DNA of 64,000 bases, taken from Eledone cirrhosa. Lineage: Eukaryota. The stretch covers positions 11,780,001 through 11,844,000 of the forward strand of contig OZ024744.1 of assembly GCA_964016885.1 (NCBI GenBank). Reading direction: 5' to 3'. The position numbers and the translations under genes were made by a program. Of this stretch, positions 13,001-28,000 are shown piece by piece; the stretch's first letter is position 1; each line of letters opens with the position of its first letter. The notes below the pieces were generated by a model. The model searched no databases. It was not told the origin of the DNA and worked only from the letters and a program-made list of their open reading frames with translations.

Positions 13001-16000
13001 TATGTTGTGCTGTTGTACTCCAATATGTTGTGTTGTTATACTCCAATATGTAGTGTTGTTATACTCCAATATGTTGTGTTGTTGTACTCCAATCTGTTGT
13101 GTTGTTATACTCCAATATATTGTGTTGTTATACTCCAATATGTTGTGTTGTTTTACTCCAATATGTTGTGTTGTTGTACTCCAATATGTTGTATTGTTGT
13201 TCTCCAATATGTCATGTTATACTCCAATAAGTTGTGTTCTTGTACTCCAATATGTTGTGTTGTTGTACTCCAATATGTTGTGTTGTTGTACTCCAATATA
13301 TCATGTTGTCGTACTCCAATATGTCATGTTATACTCCAATATGTCGTTGTTATACTCCAATATGTCATGATGTTGTACTCCAATATGTCGTGTTCTTGTA
13401 CTCCAATATGTCGTGTTGTCGTACTCCAATATGTTGTGTTGTTGTACTCCAATATGTTGTGCTGTTGTACTCCAATATGTTGTGTTGTTGTACTCCAATA
13501 TGTTGTGTCGTTATACTCCAATATGTTGTGCTGTTGTACTCCAATATTTCGTGTTGTTGTACTCCAATACGTCGTGTTGTACTCCAATATGTTGTGTTGT
13601 TATACTCCAATATGTTATGTTGTTGTACTCCAATGTGTCTTGTTGTTGTACTCCAATATATTTTGATGTTGTACTCCAATATGTTTTGTTGTTATTCTCC
13701 AATATGTTGTGATGTTGTACTCCAATGTGTTGTGTTGTTGTACTCCAATGTGATGTGTTGTTGTACTCCAATATGTTGTGCTGTTGTACTCCAATATTTT
13801 TTGTTTTTTGTACTCCAATATGTTGTGTTGTTATACTCCAATATGTTGTGTTGTTATACTCCAATATGGTGTGTTGTTGTACTCCAATATGTTGTATTGT
13901 TTTCTCCAATATGTCATGTTATACTCCAATATGGTGTGTTCGTGTACTCCAATATGTTGTGTTATTGTACTCCAATATGTTGCGTTGTTGTACTCCAATA
14001 TGTCATGTTGTTGTACTCCAATATGTCTTGTTATAGTCCAATATGTCGTGTTGTTGTACTCCAATATATCATGTAGTTGTACTCCAATATTTCGTGTTGT
14101 TGTACCCCAATATGTAGTGTTGTTTATACTCCAATATGTTTTGCTGTTGTACTCCAATATGTTGTGTTGCTGTACTCCTATATGTTGTGTTGTTACTCTC
14201 CAATATGTTGTGCTGTTGTACTCCAATGTGTTGTGTTGTTATACTCCAATGTGTTGTGTTGTTATACTCCAATATGTTGTGTTGTTGTAGTCCAATATGT
14301 TGTGTTGTCGTACTCCAATATGTTGTGTTGTTATACTCCAATATTTCGTGTGGTTGTACTCCAATATGTCATGGTGTTGTACTTCAATATGTCGTGTTGT
14401 TGTACTCCAATATGTTGTCTTGTTTTACTCCAATCTGTTGTATTGTTGTACTTCAATATGCTCTGTTGTTGTACTCCAATATATTGTGTTGTTGTACTCC
14501 AATATGTTGTGTTGTTGTACTCCAATATGCTGTGTTGTTGTACTCCAATATGTTGTGTTGTTGTACTCCAATATGTTGTGTTGTTGCACTCCAATATCTT
14601 GTGTTCTTATACTCCAATATGTTGTGTTGTTATACTCCAATATGTTGTGTTGTTGTACTCCAATATGTTGTGCTGTTGTACTCCAATATGATGTGCTGTT
14701 GTACTCCAATATGTTGTGTTGTACTCCAATGTGTTGTGTTGTTGTACTCCAATATGTTGTGTTGTACTCCAATATGTCATGTTGTTGTACTCCAATATTT
14801 CGTGTTGTTGTACTCCAATATGTCATAGGGGTTGTACTCCAATATGGTGTGTTGTTGTACTCCAATATGCTGTGTTGCTGTACTCCAATAGGTTGTGTTG
14901 TTGTACTCCAATATGCTGTGTTGGCTGTGCTCCAATACGTTGTGTTGTTGTACTCCAATATGTTGTGCTGCTGTACTCCAATATGTTGTGTTGTTGTACT
15001 CCAATATGTTGTGTTGTTGTACTCCAATATGTTGTGTTGTTGTATTCCAATCTATATCGCTGTTGTACTCCAATATGTTGTGTTGTTGTACTCCAATATG
15101 TTGCGCTGTTGTACTCCAATATGTTGTGCTGTTGTACTCCAATATTTTGTGCTGTTATACTCCAATATATTGTGTTGTTATACTCCAATATGTTGTGTTG
15201 TTGTACTCCAAAATATTGTGTTGTTATACTCCAATATGTTGTGTTGTTATACTCCAATATGTTGTGCTGTTATACTCCAATATGTTGTGTTGTTGTACTC
15301 CAATATGTTGTGCTGTTATACTCCAATATTTTGTGTTGTTATACTCCAATATGTGGTATTGTTGTACTCCAATATGTTGTGCTGTTGTACTCCAATATGT
15401 TGTGTTGTTATACTCCAACATGTTGTGTTGTTATACTCCAATATGTTGTGTTGTTATACTCGAATATGTTGTGTTGTTATACTCGAATATCTTGTGTTGT
15501 TATACTCGAATATGTTGTGCTGTTGTACTCCAATATGTCGTGTTGTTGTACTCCAATATATCATGTAGTTGTACTCCAATATTTCGTGTTGTTGTACCCC
15601 AATATGTAGTGTTGTTTATACTCCAATATGTTTTGCTGTTGTACTCCAATATGTTGTGCTGTTGTACTCCAATATGATGTGCTGTTGTACTCCAATATGT
15701 TGTATTGTTGTTCTCCAATATGTCATGTTATACTCCAATAAGTTGTGTTCTTGTACTCCATTATGTTGTGTTGTTGTACTCCAATATATCATGTTGTCGT
15801 ACTCCAATATGTCATGTTATACTCCAATATGTCGTGTTGTTGTACTCCAATATGTCGTGTTGTTGTACTCCAATATGTTGTGTTGTTGTACTCCAATATG
15901 TTGTGTTGTTGTACTCCAATATGTTGTGTTGTTATACTCCAATATGTTATGTTGTTGTACTCCAATATGTCATGTTGTTGTACTCCAATATGTTTTGATG

Positions 16001-19000
16001 TTGTACTCCAATATGTTTTGATGTTGTACTCCAATATGTTTTGATGTTGTACTCCAATATGTTGTGTTGTTGTACTCCAATATGTTGTGTAGTCGTACTC
16101 CAATATGTTGTGTTGTTGTACTCCAATATGCTGTGATGTTGTACTCCAATATGATGTGCTGTTGTACTCCAATGCGTTGTGTTGTTGTACTCCAATATGC
16201 TGTGTTGTTATACTCCAGTATGTTGTGTTGTTATACTCCAATATGTTGTGTTGTTATACTCCAATATGTTGTGTTGTTTTACTCCAATATGTTGTATTGT
16301 TGATCTCCAATATGTCATATTATACTCCAATAAGTTGTGTTCTTGTACTCCAATATGTGTTGTTGTTGTACTCCAATATTTTGCGTTGTTGTACTCCAAT
16401 ATATCATGTTGTCGTACTCCAATATGTCATGTTATACTCCAATATGTTTTGATGCTGTACTCCAATATGTTGTGTTGTTGTACTACAATATGTTGTGTTG
16501 TTGTACTCCAATATGTTGTGTTGTTATACTCCAATATGTTGTGCTGTTGTACTCCAATATGTTGTGTTGTTATACTCCAATATGTAGTGTTGTTATACTC
16601 CAATATGTTATGTTGTTGTACTCCAATCTGTTGTGTTGTTATACTCCAATATATTGTGTTGTTATACTCCAATATGTTGTGTTGTTTTACTCCAATATGT
16701 TGTGTTGTTGTACTCCAATATGTTGTATTGTTGTTCTCCAATATGTCATGTTATACTCCAATAAGTTGTGTTCTTGTACTCCAATATGTTGTGTTGTTGT
16801 ACTCCAATATGTTGTGTTGTTGTACTCCAATATATCATGTTGTCGTACTCCAATATGTCATGTTATACTCCAATGTGTCATTGTTGTACTCCAATATGTC
16901 GTGTTGTTGTACTCCAATATGTCGTGTTGTTGTACTCCAATATGTTGTGTTGTTGTACTCCAATATGTTGTGTTGTTGTACTCCAATATGTTGTGTTGTT
17001 ATACTCCAATATGTTATGTTGTTGTACTCCAATATGTCGTGTTGTTATACTCCAATATGTTTTGATGTTGTACTCCAATATGTAGTGTTGTTATACTCCA
17101 ATATGTTGTGTTGTTGTACTCCAATATGTTGTGTTGTTATACTCCAATATGTTATGTTGTTGTACTCCAATGTGTCTTGTTGTTGTACTCCAATATGTTT
17201 TGATGTTGTACTCCAATATGTTTTGTTGTTATTCTCCAATATGTTGTGATGTTGTACTCCAATGTGTTGTGTTGTTGTACTCCAATGTGACGTGTTGTTG
17301 TACTCCAATATGTTGTGCTGTTGTACTCCAATATTTTTTGTTTTTTGTACTCCAATATGTTGTGTTGTTATACTCCAATATGTTGTGTTGTTATACTCCA
17401 ATATGGTGTGTTGTTGTACTCCAATATGTTGTATTGTTTTCTCCAATATGTCATGTTATACTCCAATATGGTGTGTTCGTGTACTCCAATATGTTGTGTT
17501 ATTGTACTCCAATATGTTGCGTTGTTGTACTCCAATATGTTGTGTTGTTATACTCCAATATGTCGTGTGGCTGTACTCCAATATGTCATGTTGTTGTACT
17601 CCAATATGTCTTGTTATAGTCCAATATGTCGTGTTGTTGTACTCCAATATACCATGTAGTTGTACTCCAATATTTCGTGTTGTTGTACCCCAATATGTAG
17701 TGTTGTTTATACTCCAATATGTTTTGCGGTTGTACTCCAATATGTTGTGTTGCTGTACTCCTATATGTTGTGTTGTTATTCTCCAATATGTTGTGCTGTT
17801 GTACTCCAATGTGTTGTGTTGTTATACTCCAATGTGTTGTGTTGTTATACTCCAATATGTTGTGTTGTTGTAGTCCAATATGTTGTGTTGTCGTACTCCA
17901 ATATGTTGTGTTGTTATACTCCAATATTTCGTGTGGTTGTACTCCAATATGTCATGGTGTTGTACTTCAATATGTCGTGTTGTTGTACTCCAATATGTTG
18001 TCTTGTTGTACTCCAATCTGTTGTATTGTTGTACTTCAATATGTTCTGTTGTTGTACTCCAATATATTGTGTTGTTGTACACCAATATGTTGTGTTGTTG
18101 TACTCCAATATGCTGTGTTGTTGTACTCCAATATGTTGTGTTGTTGTACTCCAATATGTTGTGTTGTTGCACTCCAATATCTTGTGTTCTTATACTCCAA
18201 TATGTTGTGTTGTTATACCCCAATATGTTGTGTTGTTGTACTCCAATATGTTGTGCTGTTGTACTCCAATATGATGTGCTGTTGTACTCCAATATGTTGT
18301 GTTGTACTCCAATGTGTTGTGTTGTTGTACTCCAATATGTTGTGTCGTTGTACTCCAATATTTTTTTTTTGTTTTTGTACTCCAAAATGTTGTGTTGTTA
18401 TACTCCAATATGTTGTGTTGGTGTACTCCAATATGGTGTGCTGTTGTACTCCAAATCTCGTGTTGTTATACTCCAATGTGTTGTGTTGTTATACTCCAAT
18501 ATGGTGTGTTGTTGAACTCCAATATGTTGTATTGTTTTTCTCCAATATGTCATGTTATACTCCAATATGTCGTGTTGCTGTACTCCAATATGTCATGCTG
18601 TTGTACTCCAATATGTTTTGCTGTTGTACTCCACCGTGTTGTGTTGTTGAACTCCAATACGTTGTGTTGTTGTTCTCCAATATTTTGTGCTGTTGTACTC
18701 CAATTTGTGTTGTTGTACTCCAATATGTTGTGTTGTTGTACTCCAATATGTTGTGTTGTTGTACTCCAATATGTTGTGTTGTTATACTCCAATATGTTGT
18801 GCTGTTGTACTCCAATATTTCGTGTTGTTGTACTCCAATACGTCGTGTTGTTGTACTCCAATATGTTTTGATGTTGTACTCAAATATGTTGTGTTGTTGT
18901 ACTCCAATATGTTTTGATGTTGTACTCCAATATGTTGTGTTGTTGTACTCCAATATGTTGTGTAGTCTTACTCCAATATGTTGTGTTGTTGTACTCCAAT

Positions 19001-22000
19001 ATGTTGTGATGTTGTACTCCAATATGATGTGATGTTGTACTCCAATGCGTTGTGTTGTTGTACTCCAATGTGATATGTTGTTGTACTCCAATATGTTGTG
19101 CCATTGTACTCCAATATTTTTTATATTTGTACTCCAATATGTTGTGTTGTTATACTCCAATATGTTGTGCTGTTGTACTCCAAATCTCGTGTTGTTATAC
19201 TCCAATGTGTTGTGTTGTTATACTCCAATATGGTGTGTTGTTGTAGTCCAATATGTTGTATTGTTTTTTTCCAATATGTCATGTTATACTCCAATATGTT
19301 GTGTTCGTGTACTCCAATATGTTGTGTTATTGTACTCCAATATGTTGCGTTGTTGTACTCCAATATGTTGTGTTGTTATACTCCAATATGTTGTGTTGTT
19401 GTACTCCAATATGTTGTCTTGTTGTACTCCAAAAGGCTATGTTATCGTACTCCAATATGTGTTGTTATACTCCAATATGTCGTGTGGCTGTACTCCAATA
19501 TGTCATGTTGTTGTACTCCAATATGTCTTGTTATAGTCCAATATGTCGTGTTGTTGTACTCCAATATGTCATGTAGTTGTATTCCAATATTTCGTGTTGT
19601 TGTACCCCAATATGTCGTGTTGTTTATACTCCAATATGTTTTGCTGTTGTACTCCAATATGTTGTGTTGCTGTATTCCAATATGTTGTGTTGTTATTCTC
19701 CAATATGTTGTGCTGTTGTACTCCAATGTGTTATGTTGTTATACTCCAATATGTTGTGCTGTGCTACTCCAATATATTGTGTTGTTGTACTCCAATGTGT
19801 TGTGTTGTTATACTCCAATATGTTGTGTTGATTTACTCCTATATGTTGTGTTGTTGTACTCCAATCTGTTGTGTTGTTATACTCCAATATGTTGTGTTGT
19901 TATACTCCAATATGTTGTGTTGTTTTACTCCAATATGTTGTGTTGTTGTACTCCAATATGTTGTGTTGTTGTACTCCAATATGTTGTGTTGTTGTAATCC
20001 AATATCTTGTGTTGTTATACTCCAATATGTTGTGTTGTTGTACTCCAATATGTTGTGTTGTTATACTCCAATATGTTGTGTTGTGATACTCCAATATGTT
20101 GTGCTGTTGTACTCCAATATGTTGTGTTGTTATACTCCAATATGTTGTGTTGTTTTACTCCAATATGTTGTGTTGTTGTACTCCAATATGTTGTATTGTT
20201 GTTCTCCAATATGTCATGTTATACTCCAATAAGTTGTGTTCTTGTACTCCAATATGTTGTGTTGTTGTACTCCAATATATCATGTTGTCGTACTCCAATA
20301 TGTCATGTTATACTCCAATATGTCGTTGTTATACTCCAATATGTCATGTTGTTGTACTCCAATATGTCGTATTGTTATACTCCAATATGTTTTGATGTTG
20401 TACTCCAATATGTTGTGTTGTTGTACTCCAATATGTTGTGTAGTCGTACTCCAATATGTTGTATTGTTATACTCCAATATGTTGTGCTGTTGTAATCCAA
20501 TATGTTCTGTTGTTGTACTCCAATATATTGTGTTGTTGTACTCCAATATGTCGTGTTGTTGTACTCCAATATGTCGTGTTGTTGTACTCCAATATGTTGT
20601 GTTGTTGTACTCCAATATGTTGTGTTGTTGTACTCCAATATGTTGTGTTGTTATACACCAATATGTTATGTTGTTGTACTCCAATATGTCATGTTGTTGT
20701 ACTCCAATATGTTTTGATGTTGTACTCCAATATGTTGTGTTGTTGTACTCCAATATGTTTTGATGTTGTACTCCAATATGTTGTGTTGTTGTACTCCAAT
20801 ATGTTGTGTAGTCGTACTCCAATATGTTGTGTTGTTGTACTCCAATATGATGTGATGTTGTACTCCAATATGATGTGCTGTTGTACTCCAATGCGTTGTG
20901 TTGTTGTACTCCAATATGCTGTGTTGTTATACTCCAATATGTTGTGTTGTTGTACTCCAATATGTTGTGTTGTTGTACTCCAATATGTTGTGTTGTTGTA
21001 ATCCAATATCTTGTGTTGTTATACTCCAATATGTTGTGCTGTTGTACTCCAATATGTTGAGTTGTTATACTCCAATATGTAGTGTTGTTATACTCCAATA
21101 TGTTGTGTTGTTGTACTCCAATCTGTTGCGTTATACTCCAATATGTTGTGTTGTTATGCTCCAATATGTTGTGTTGTTATACTCCAATATGTTGTGTTGT
21201 TTTACTCCAATATGTTGTATTGTTGATCTCCAATATGTCATATTATACTCCAATAAGTTGTGTTCTTGTACTCCAATATGTGTTGTTGTTGTACTCCAAT
21301 ATGTTGCGTTGTTGTACTCCAATATATCATGTTGTCGTACTCCAATATGTCATGTTACACTCCAATATGTTTTGATGCTGTACTCCAATATGTTGTGTTG
21401 TTGTACTACAATATGTTGTGTTGTTGTACTCCAATATGTTGTGTTGTTATACTCCAATATGTTGTGCTGTTGTACTCCAATATGTTGTGTTGTTATACTC
21501 CAATATGTAGTGTTGTTATACTCCAATATGTTATGTTGTTGTACTCCAATCTGTTGTGTTGTTATACTCCAATATATTGTGTTGTTATACTCCAATATGT
21601 TGTGTTGTTTTACTCCAATATGTTGTGTTGTTGTACTCCAATATGTTGTATTGTTGTTCTCCAATATGTCATGTTATACTCCAATAAGTTGTGTTCTTGT
21701 ACTCCAATATGTTGTGTTGTTGTACTCCAATATGTTGTGTTGTTGTACTCCAATATATCATGTTGTCGTACTCCAATATGTCATGTTATACTCCAATGTG
21801 TCATTGTTGTACTCCAATATGTCGTGTTGTTGTACTCCAATATGTCGTGTTGTTGTACTCCAATATGTTGTGTTGTTGTACTCCAATATGTTGTGTTGTT
21901 GTACTCCAATATGTTGTGTTGTTATACTCCAATATGTTATGTTGTTGTACTCCAATATGTCGTGTTGTTATACTCCAATATGTTTTGATGTTGTACTCCA

Positions 22001-25000
22001 ATATGTAGTGTTGTTATACTCCAATATGTTGTGTTGTTGTACTCCAATATGTTGTGTTGTTATACTCCAATATGTTATGTTGTTGTACTCCAATGTGTCT
22101 TGTTGTTGTACTCCAATATGTTTTGATGTTGTACTCCAATATGTTTTGTTGTTATTCTCCAATATGTTGTGATGTTGTACTCCAATGTGTTGTGTTGTTG
22201 TATTCCAATGTGACGTGTTGTTGTACTCCAATATGGTGTGCTGTTGTACTCCAATATTTTTTGTTTTTTGTACTCCAATATGTTGTGTTGTTATACTCCA
22301 ATATGTTGTGTTGTTATACTCCAATATGGTGTGTTGTTGTACTCCAATATGTTGTATTGTTTTCTCCAATATGTCATGTTATACTCCAATATGGTGTGTT
22401 CGTGTACTCCAATATGTTGTGTTATTGTACTCCAATATGTTGCGTTGTTGTACTCCAATATGTTGTGTTGTTATACTCCAATATGTCGTGTGGCTGTACT
22501 CCAATATGTCATGTTGTTGTACTCCAATATGTCTTGTTATAGTCCAATATGTCGTGTTGTTGTACTCCAATATACCATGTAGTTGTACTCCAATATTTCG
22601 TGTTGTTGTACCCCAATATGTAGTGTTGTTTATACTCCAATATGTTTTGCTGTTGTACTCCAATATGTTGTGTTGCTGTACTCCTATATGTTGTGTTGTT
22701 ATTCTCCAATATGTTGTGCTGTTGTACTCCAATGTGTTGTGTTGTTATACTCCAATGTGTTGTGTTGTTATACTCCAATATGTTGTGTTGTTGTAGTCCA
22801 ATATGTTGTGTTGTCGTACTCCAATATGTTGTGTTGTTATACTCCAATATTTCGTGTGGTTGTACTCCAATATGTCATGGTGTTGTACTTCAATATGTCG
22901 TGTTGTTGTACTCCAATATGTTGTCTTGTTGTACTCCAATCTGTTGTATTGTTGTACTTCAATATGTTCTGTTGTTGTACTCCAATATATTGTGTTGTTG
23001 TACACCAATATGTTGTGTTGTTGTACTCCAATATGCTGTGTTGTTGTACTCCAATATGTTGTGTTGTTGTACTCCAATATGTTGTGTTGTTGCACTCCAA
23101 TATCTTGTGTTCTTATACTCCAATATGTTGTGTTGTTATACCCCAATATGTTGTGTTGTTGTACTCCAATATGTTGTGCTGTTGTACTCCAATATGATGT
23201 GCTGCTGTACTCCAATATGTTGTGTTGTACTCCAATGTGTTGTGTTGTTGTACTCCAATATGTTGTGTCGTTGTACTCCAATATTTTTTTTTGTTTTTGT
23301 ACTCCAAAATGTTGTGTTGTTATACTCCAATATGTTGTGTTGGTGTACTCCAATATGGTGTGCTGTTGTACTCCAAATCTCGTGTTGTTATACTCCAATG
23401 TGTTGTGTTGTTATACTCCAATATGGTGTGTTGTTGAACTCCAATATGTTGTATTGTTTTTCTCCAATATGTCATGTTATACTCCAATATGTCGTGTTGC
23501 TGTACTCCAATATGTCATGCTGTTGTACTCCAATATGTTTTGCTGTTGTACTCCACCGTGTTGTGTTGTTGAACTCCAATACGTTGTGTTGTTGTTCTCC
23601 AATATTTTGTGCTGTTGTACTCCAATTTGTGTTGTTGTACTCCAATATGTTGTGTTGTTGTACTCCAATATGTTGTGTTGTTGTACTCCGATATGTTGTG
23701 TTGTTATACTCCAATATGTTGTGCTGTTGTACTCCAATATTTCGTGTTGTTGTACTCCAATACGTCGTGTTGTTGTACTCCAATATGTTTTGATGTTGTA
23801 CTCAAATATGTTGTGTTGTTGTACTCCAATATGTTTTGATGTTGTACTCCAATATGTTGTGTTGTTGTACTCCAATATGTTGTGTAGTCTTACTCCAATA
23901 TGTTGTGTTGTTGTACTCCAATATGTTGTGATGTTGTACTCCAATATGATGTGATGTTGTACTCCAATGCGTTGTGTTGTTGTACTCCAATGTGATATGT
24001 TGTTGTACTCCAATATGTTGTGCCATTGTACTCCAATATTTTTTATATTTGTACTCCAATATGTTGTGTTGTTATACTCCAATATGTTGTGCTGTTGTAC
24101 TCCAAATCTCGTGTTGTTATACTCCAATGTGTTGTGTTGTTATACTCCAATATGGTGTGTTGTTGTAGTCCAATATGTTGTATTGTTTTTTCCCAATATG
24201 TCATGTTATACTCCAATATGTTGTGTTCGTGTACTCCAATATGTTGTGTTATTGTACTCCAATATGTTGCGTTGTTGTACTCCAATATGTTGTGTTGTTA
24301 TACTCCAATATGTTGTGTTGTTGTACTCCAATATGTTGTCTTGTTGTACTCCAAAAGGCCATGTTATCGTACTCCAATATGTGTTGTTATACTCCAATAT
24401 GTCGTGTGGCTGTACTCCAATATGTCATGTTGTTGTACTCCAATATGTCTTGTTATAGTCCAATATGTCGTGTTGTTGTACTCCAATATGTCATGTAGTT
24501 GTATTCCAATATTTCGTGTTGTTGTACCCCAATATGTCGTGTTGTTTATACTCCAATATGTTTTGCTGTTGTACTCCAATATGTTGTGTTGCTGTATTCC
24601 AATATGTTGTGTTGTTATTCTCCAATATGTTGTGCTGTTGTACTCCAATGTGTTATGTTGTTATACTCCAATATGTTGTGCTGTGCTACTCCAATATATT
24701 GTGTTGTTGTACTCCAATGTGTTGTGTTGTTATACTCCAATATGTTGTGTTGATTTACTCCTATATGTTGTGTTGTTGTACTCCAATCTGTTGTGTTGTT
24801 ATACTCCAATATGTTGTGTTGTTATACTCCAATATGTTGTGTTGTTTTACTCCAATATGTTGTGTTGTTGTACTCCAATATGTTGTGTTGTTGTACTCCA
24901 ATATGTTGTGTTGTTGTAATCCAATATGTTGTGTTGTTATACTCCAATATGTTGTGTTGTTGTACTCCAATATGTTGTGTTGTTATACTCCAATATGTTG

Positions 25001-28000
25001 TGTTGTGATACTCCAATATGTTGTGCTGTTGTACTCCAATATGTTGTGTTGTTATACTCCAATATGTTGTGTTGTTTTACTCCAATATGTTGTGTTGTTG
25101 TACTCCAATATGTTGTATTGTTGTTCTCCAATATGTCATGTTATACTCCAATAAGTTGTGTTCTTGTACTCCAATATGTTGTGTTGTTGTACTCCAATAT
25201 ATCATGTTGTCGTACTCCAATATGTCATGTTATACTCCAATATGTCGTTGTTATACTCCAATATGTCATGTTGTTGTACTCCAATATGTCGTATTGTTAT
25301 ACTCCAATATGTTTTGATGTTGTACTCCAATATGTTGTGTTGTTGTACTCCAATATGTTGTGTAGTCGTACTCCAATATGTTGTATTGTTATACTCCAAT
25401 ATGTTGTGCTGTTGTAATCCAATATGTTCTGTTGTTGTACTCCAATATATTGTGTTGTTGTACTCCAATATGTCGTGTTGTTGTACTCCAATATGTCGTG
25501 TTGTTGTACTCCAATATGTTGTGTTGTTGTACTCCAATATGTTGTGTTGTTGTACTCCAATATGTTGTGTTGTTATACACCAATATGTTATGTTGTTGTA
25601 CTCCAATATGTCATGTTGTTGTACTCCAATATGTTTTGATGTTGTACTCCAATATGTTGTGTTGTTGTACTCCAATATGTTTTGATGTTGTACTCCAATA
25701 TGTTGTGTTGTTGTACTCCAATATGTTGTGTAGTCGTACTCCAATATGTTGTGTTGTTGTACTCCAACATGCTGTGATGTTGTACTCCAATATGATGTGC
25801 TGTTGTACTCCAATGCGTTGTGTTGTTGTACTCCAATATGCTGTGTTGTTATACTCCAATATGTTGTGTTGTTGTACTCCAATATGTTGTGTTGTTGTAC
25901 TCCAATATGTTGTGTTGTTGTAATCCAATATCTTGTGTTGTTATACTCCAATATGTTGTGCTGTTGTACTCCAATATGTTGAGTTGTTATACTCCAATAT
26001 GTAGTGTTGTTATACTCCAATATGTTGTGTTGTTGTACTCCAATCTGTTGCGTTATACTCCAATATGTTGTGTTGTTATACTCCAATATGTTGTGTTGTT
26101 ATACTCCAATATGTTGTGTTGTTTTACTCCAATATGTTGTATTGTTGATCTCCAATATGTCATATTTTACTCCAATAAGTTGTGTTCTTGTACTCCAATA
26201 TGTGTTGTTGTTATACTCCAATATGTTGCGTTGTTGTACTCCAATATATCATGTTGTCGTACTCCAATATGTCATGTTATACTCCAATATGTTTTGATGC
26301 TGTACTCCAATATGTTGTGTTGTTGTACTACAATATGTTGTGTTGTTGTACTCCAATATGTTGTGTTGTTATACTCCAATATGTTGTGCTGTTGTACTCC
26401 AATATGTTGTGTTGTTATACTCCAATATGTAGTGTTGTTATACTCCAATATGTTGTGTTGTTGTACTCCAATCTGTTGTGTTGTTATACTCCAATATATT
26501 GTGTTGTTATACTCCAATATGTTGTGTTGTTTTACTCCAATATGTTGTGTTGTTGTACTCCAATATGTTGTATTGTTGTTCTCCAATATGTCATGTTATA
26601 CTCCAATAAGTTGTGTTCTTGTACTCCAATATGTTGTGTTGTTGTACTCCAATATGTTGTGTTGTTGTACTCCAATATATCATGTTGTCGTACTCCAATA
26701 TGTCATGTTATACTCCAATATGTCGTTGTTATACTCCAATATGTCATGATGTTGTACTCCAATATGTCGTGTTCTTGTACTCCAATATGTCGTGTTGTCG
26801 TACTCCAATATGTTGTGTTGTTGTACTCCAATATGTTGTGCTGTTGTACTCCAATATGTTGTGTTGTTGTACTCCAATATGTTGTGTCGTTATACTCCAA
26901 TATGTTGTGCTGTTGTACTCCAATATTTCGTGTTGTTGTACTCCAATACGTCGTGTTGTACTCCAATATGTTGTGTTGTTATACTCCAATATGTTATGTT
27001 GTTGTACTCCAATGTGTCTTGTTGTTGTACTCCAATATATTTTGATGTTGTACTCCAATATGTTTTGTTGTTATTCTCCAATATGTTGTGATGTTGTACT
27101 CCAATGTGTTGTGTTGTTGTACTCCAATGTGATGTGTTGTTGTACTCCAATATGTTGTGCTGTTGTACTCCAATATTTTTTGTTTTTTGTACTCCAATAT
27201 GTTGTGTTGTTATACTCCAATATGTTGTGTTGTTATACTCCAATATGGTGTGTTGTTGTACTCCAATATGTTGTATTGTTTTCTCCAATATGTCATGTTA
27301 TACTCCAATATGGTGTGTTCGTGTACTCCAATATGTTGTGTTATTGTACTCCAATATGTTGCGTTGTTGTACTCCAATATGTTGTGTTGTTATACTCCAA
27401 TATGTCGTGTGGCTGTACTCCAATATGTCATGTTGTTGTACTCCAATATGTCTTGTTATAGTCCAATATGTCGTGTTGTTGTACTCCAATATATCATGTA
27501 GTTGTACTCCAATATTTCGTGTTGTTGTACCCCAATATGTAGTGTTGTTTATACTCCAATATGTTTTGCTGTTGTACTCCAATATGTTGTGTTGCTGTAC
27601 TCCTATATGTTGTGTTGTTACTCTCCAATATGTTGTGCTGTTGTACTCCAATGTGTTGTGTTGTTATACTCCAATGTGTTGTGTTGTTATACTCCAATAT
27701 GTTGTGTTGTTGTAGTCCAATATGTTGTGTTGTCGTACTCCAATATGTTGTGTTGTTATACTCCAATATTTCGTGTGGTTGTACTCCAATATGTCATGGT
27801 GTTGTACTTCAATATGTCGTGTTGTTGTACTCCAATATGTTGTCTTGTTGTACTCCAATCTGTTGTATTGTTGTACTTCAATATGCTCTGTTGTTGTACT
27901 CCAATATATTGTGTTGTTGTACTCCAATATGTTGTGTTGTTGTACTCCAATATGCTGTGTTGTTGTACTCCAATATGTTGTGTTGTTGTACTCCAATATG

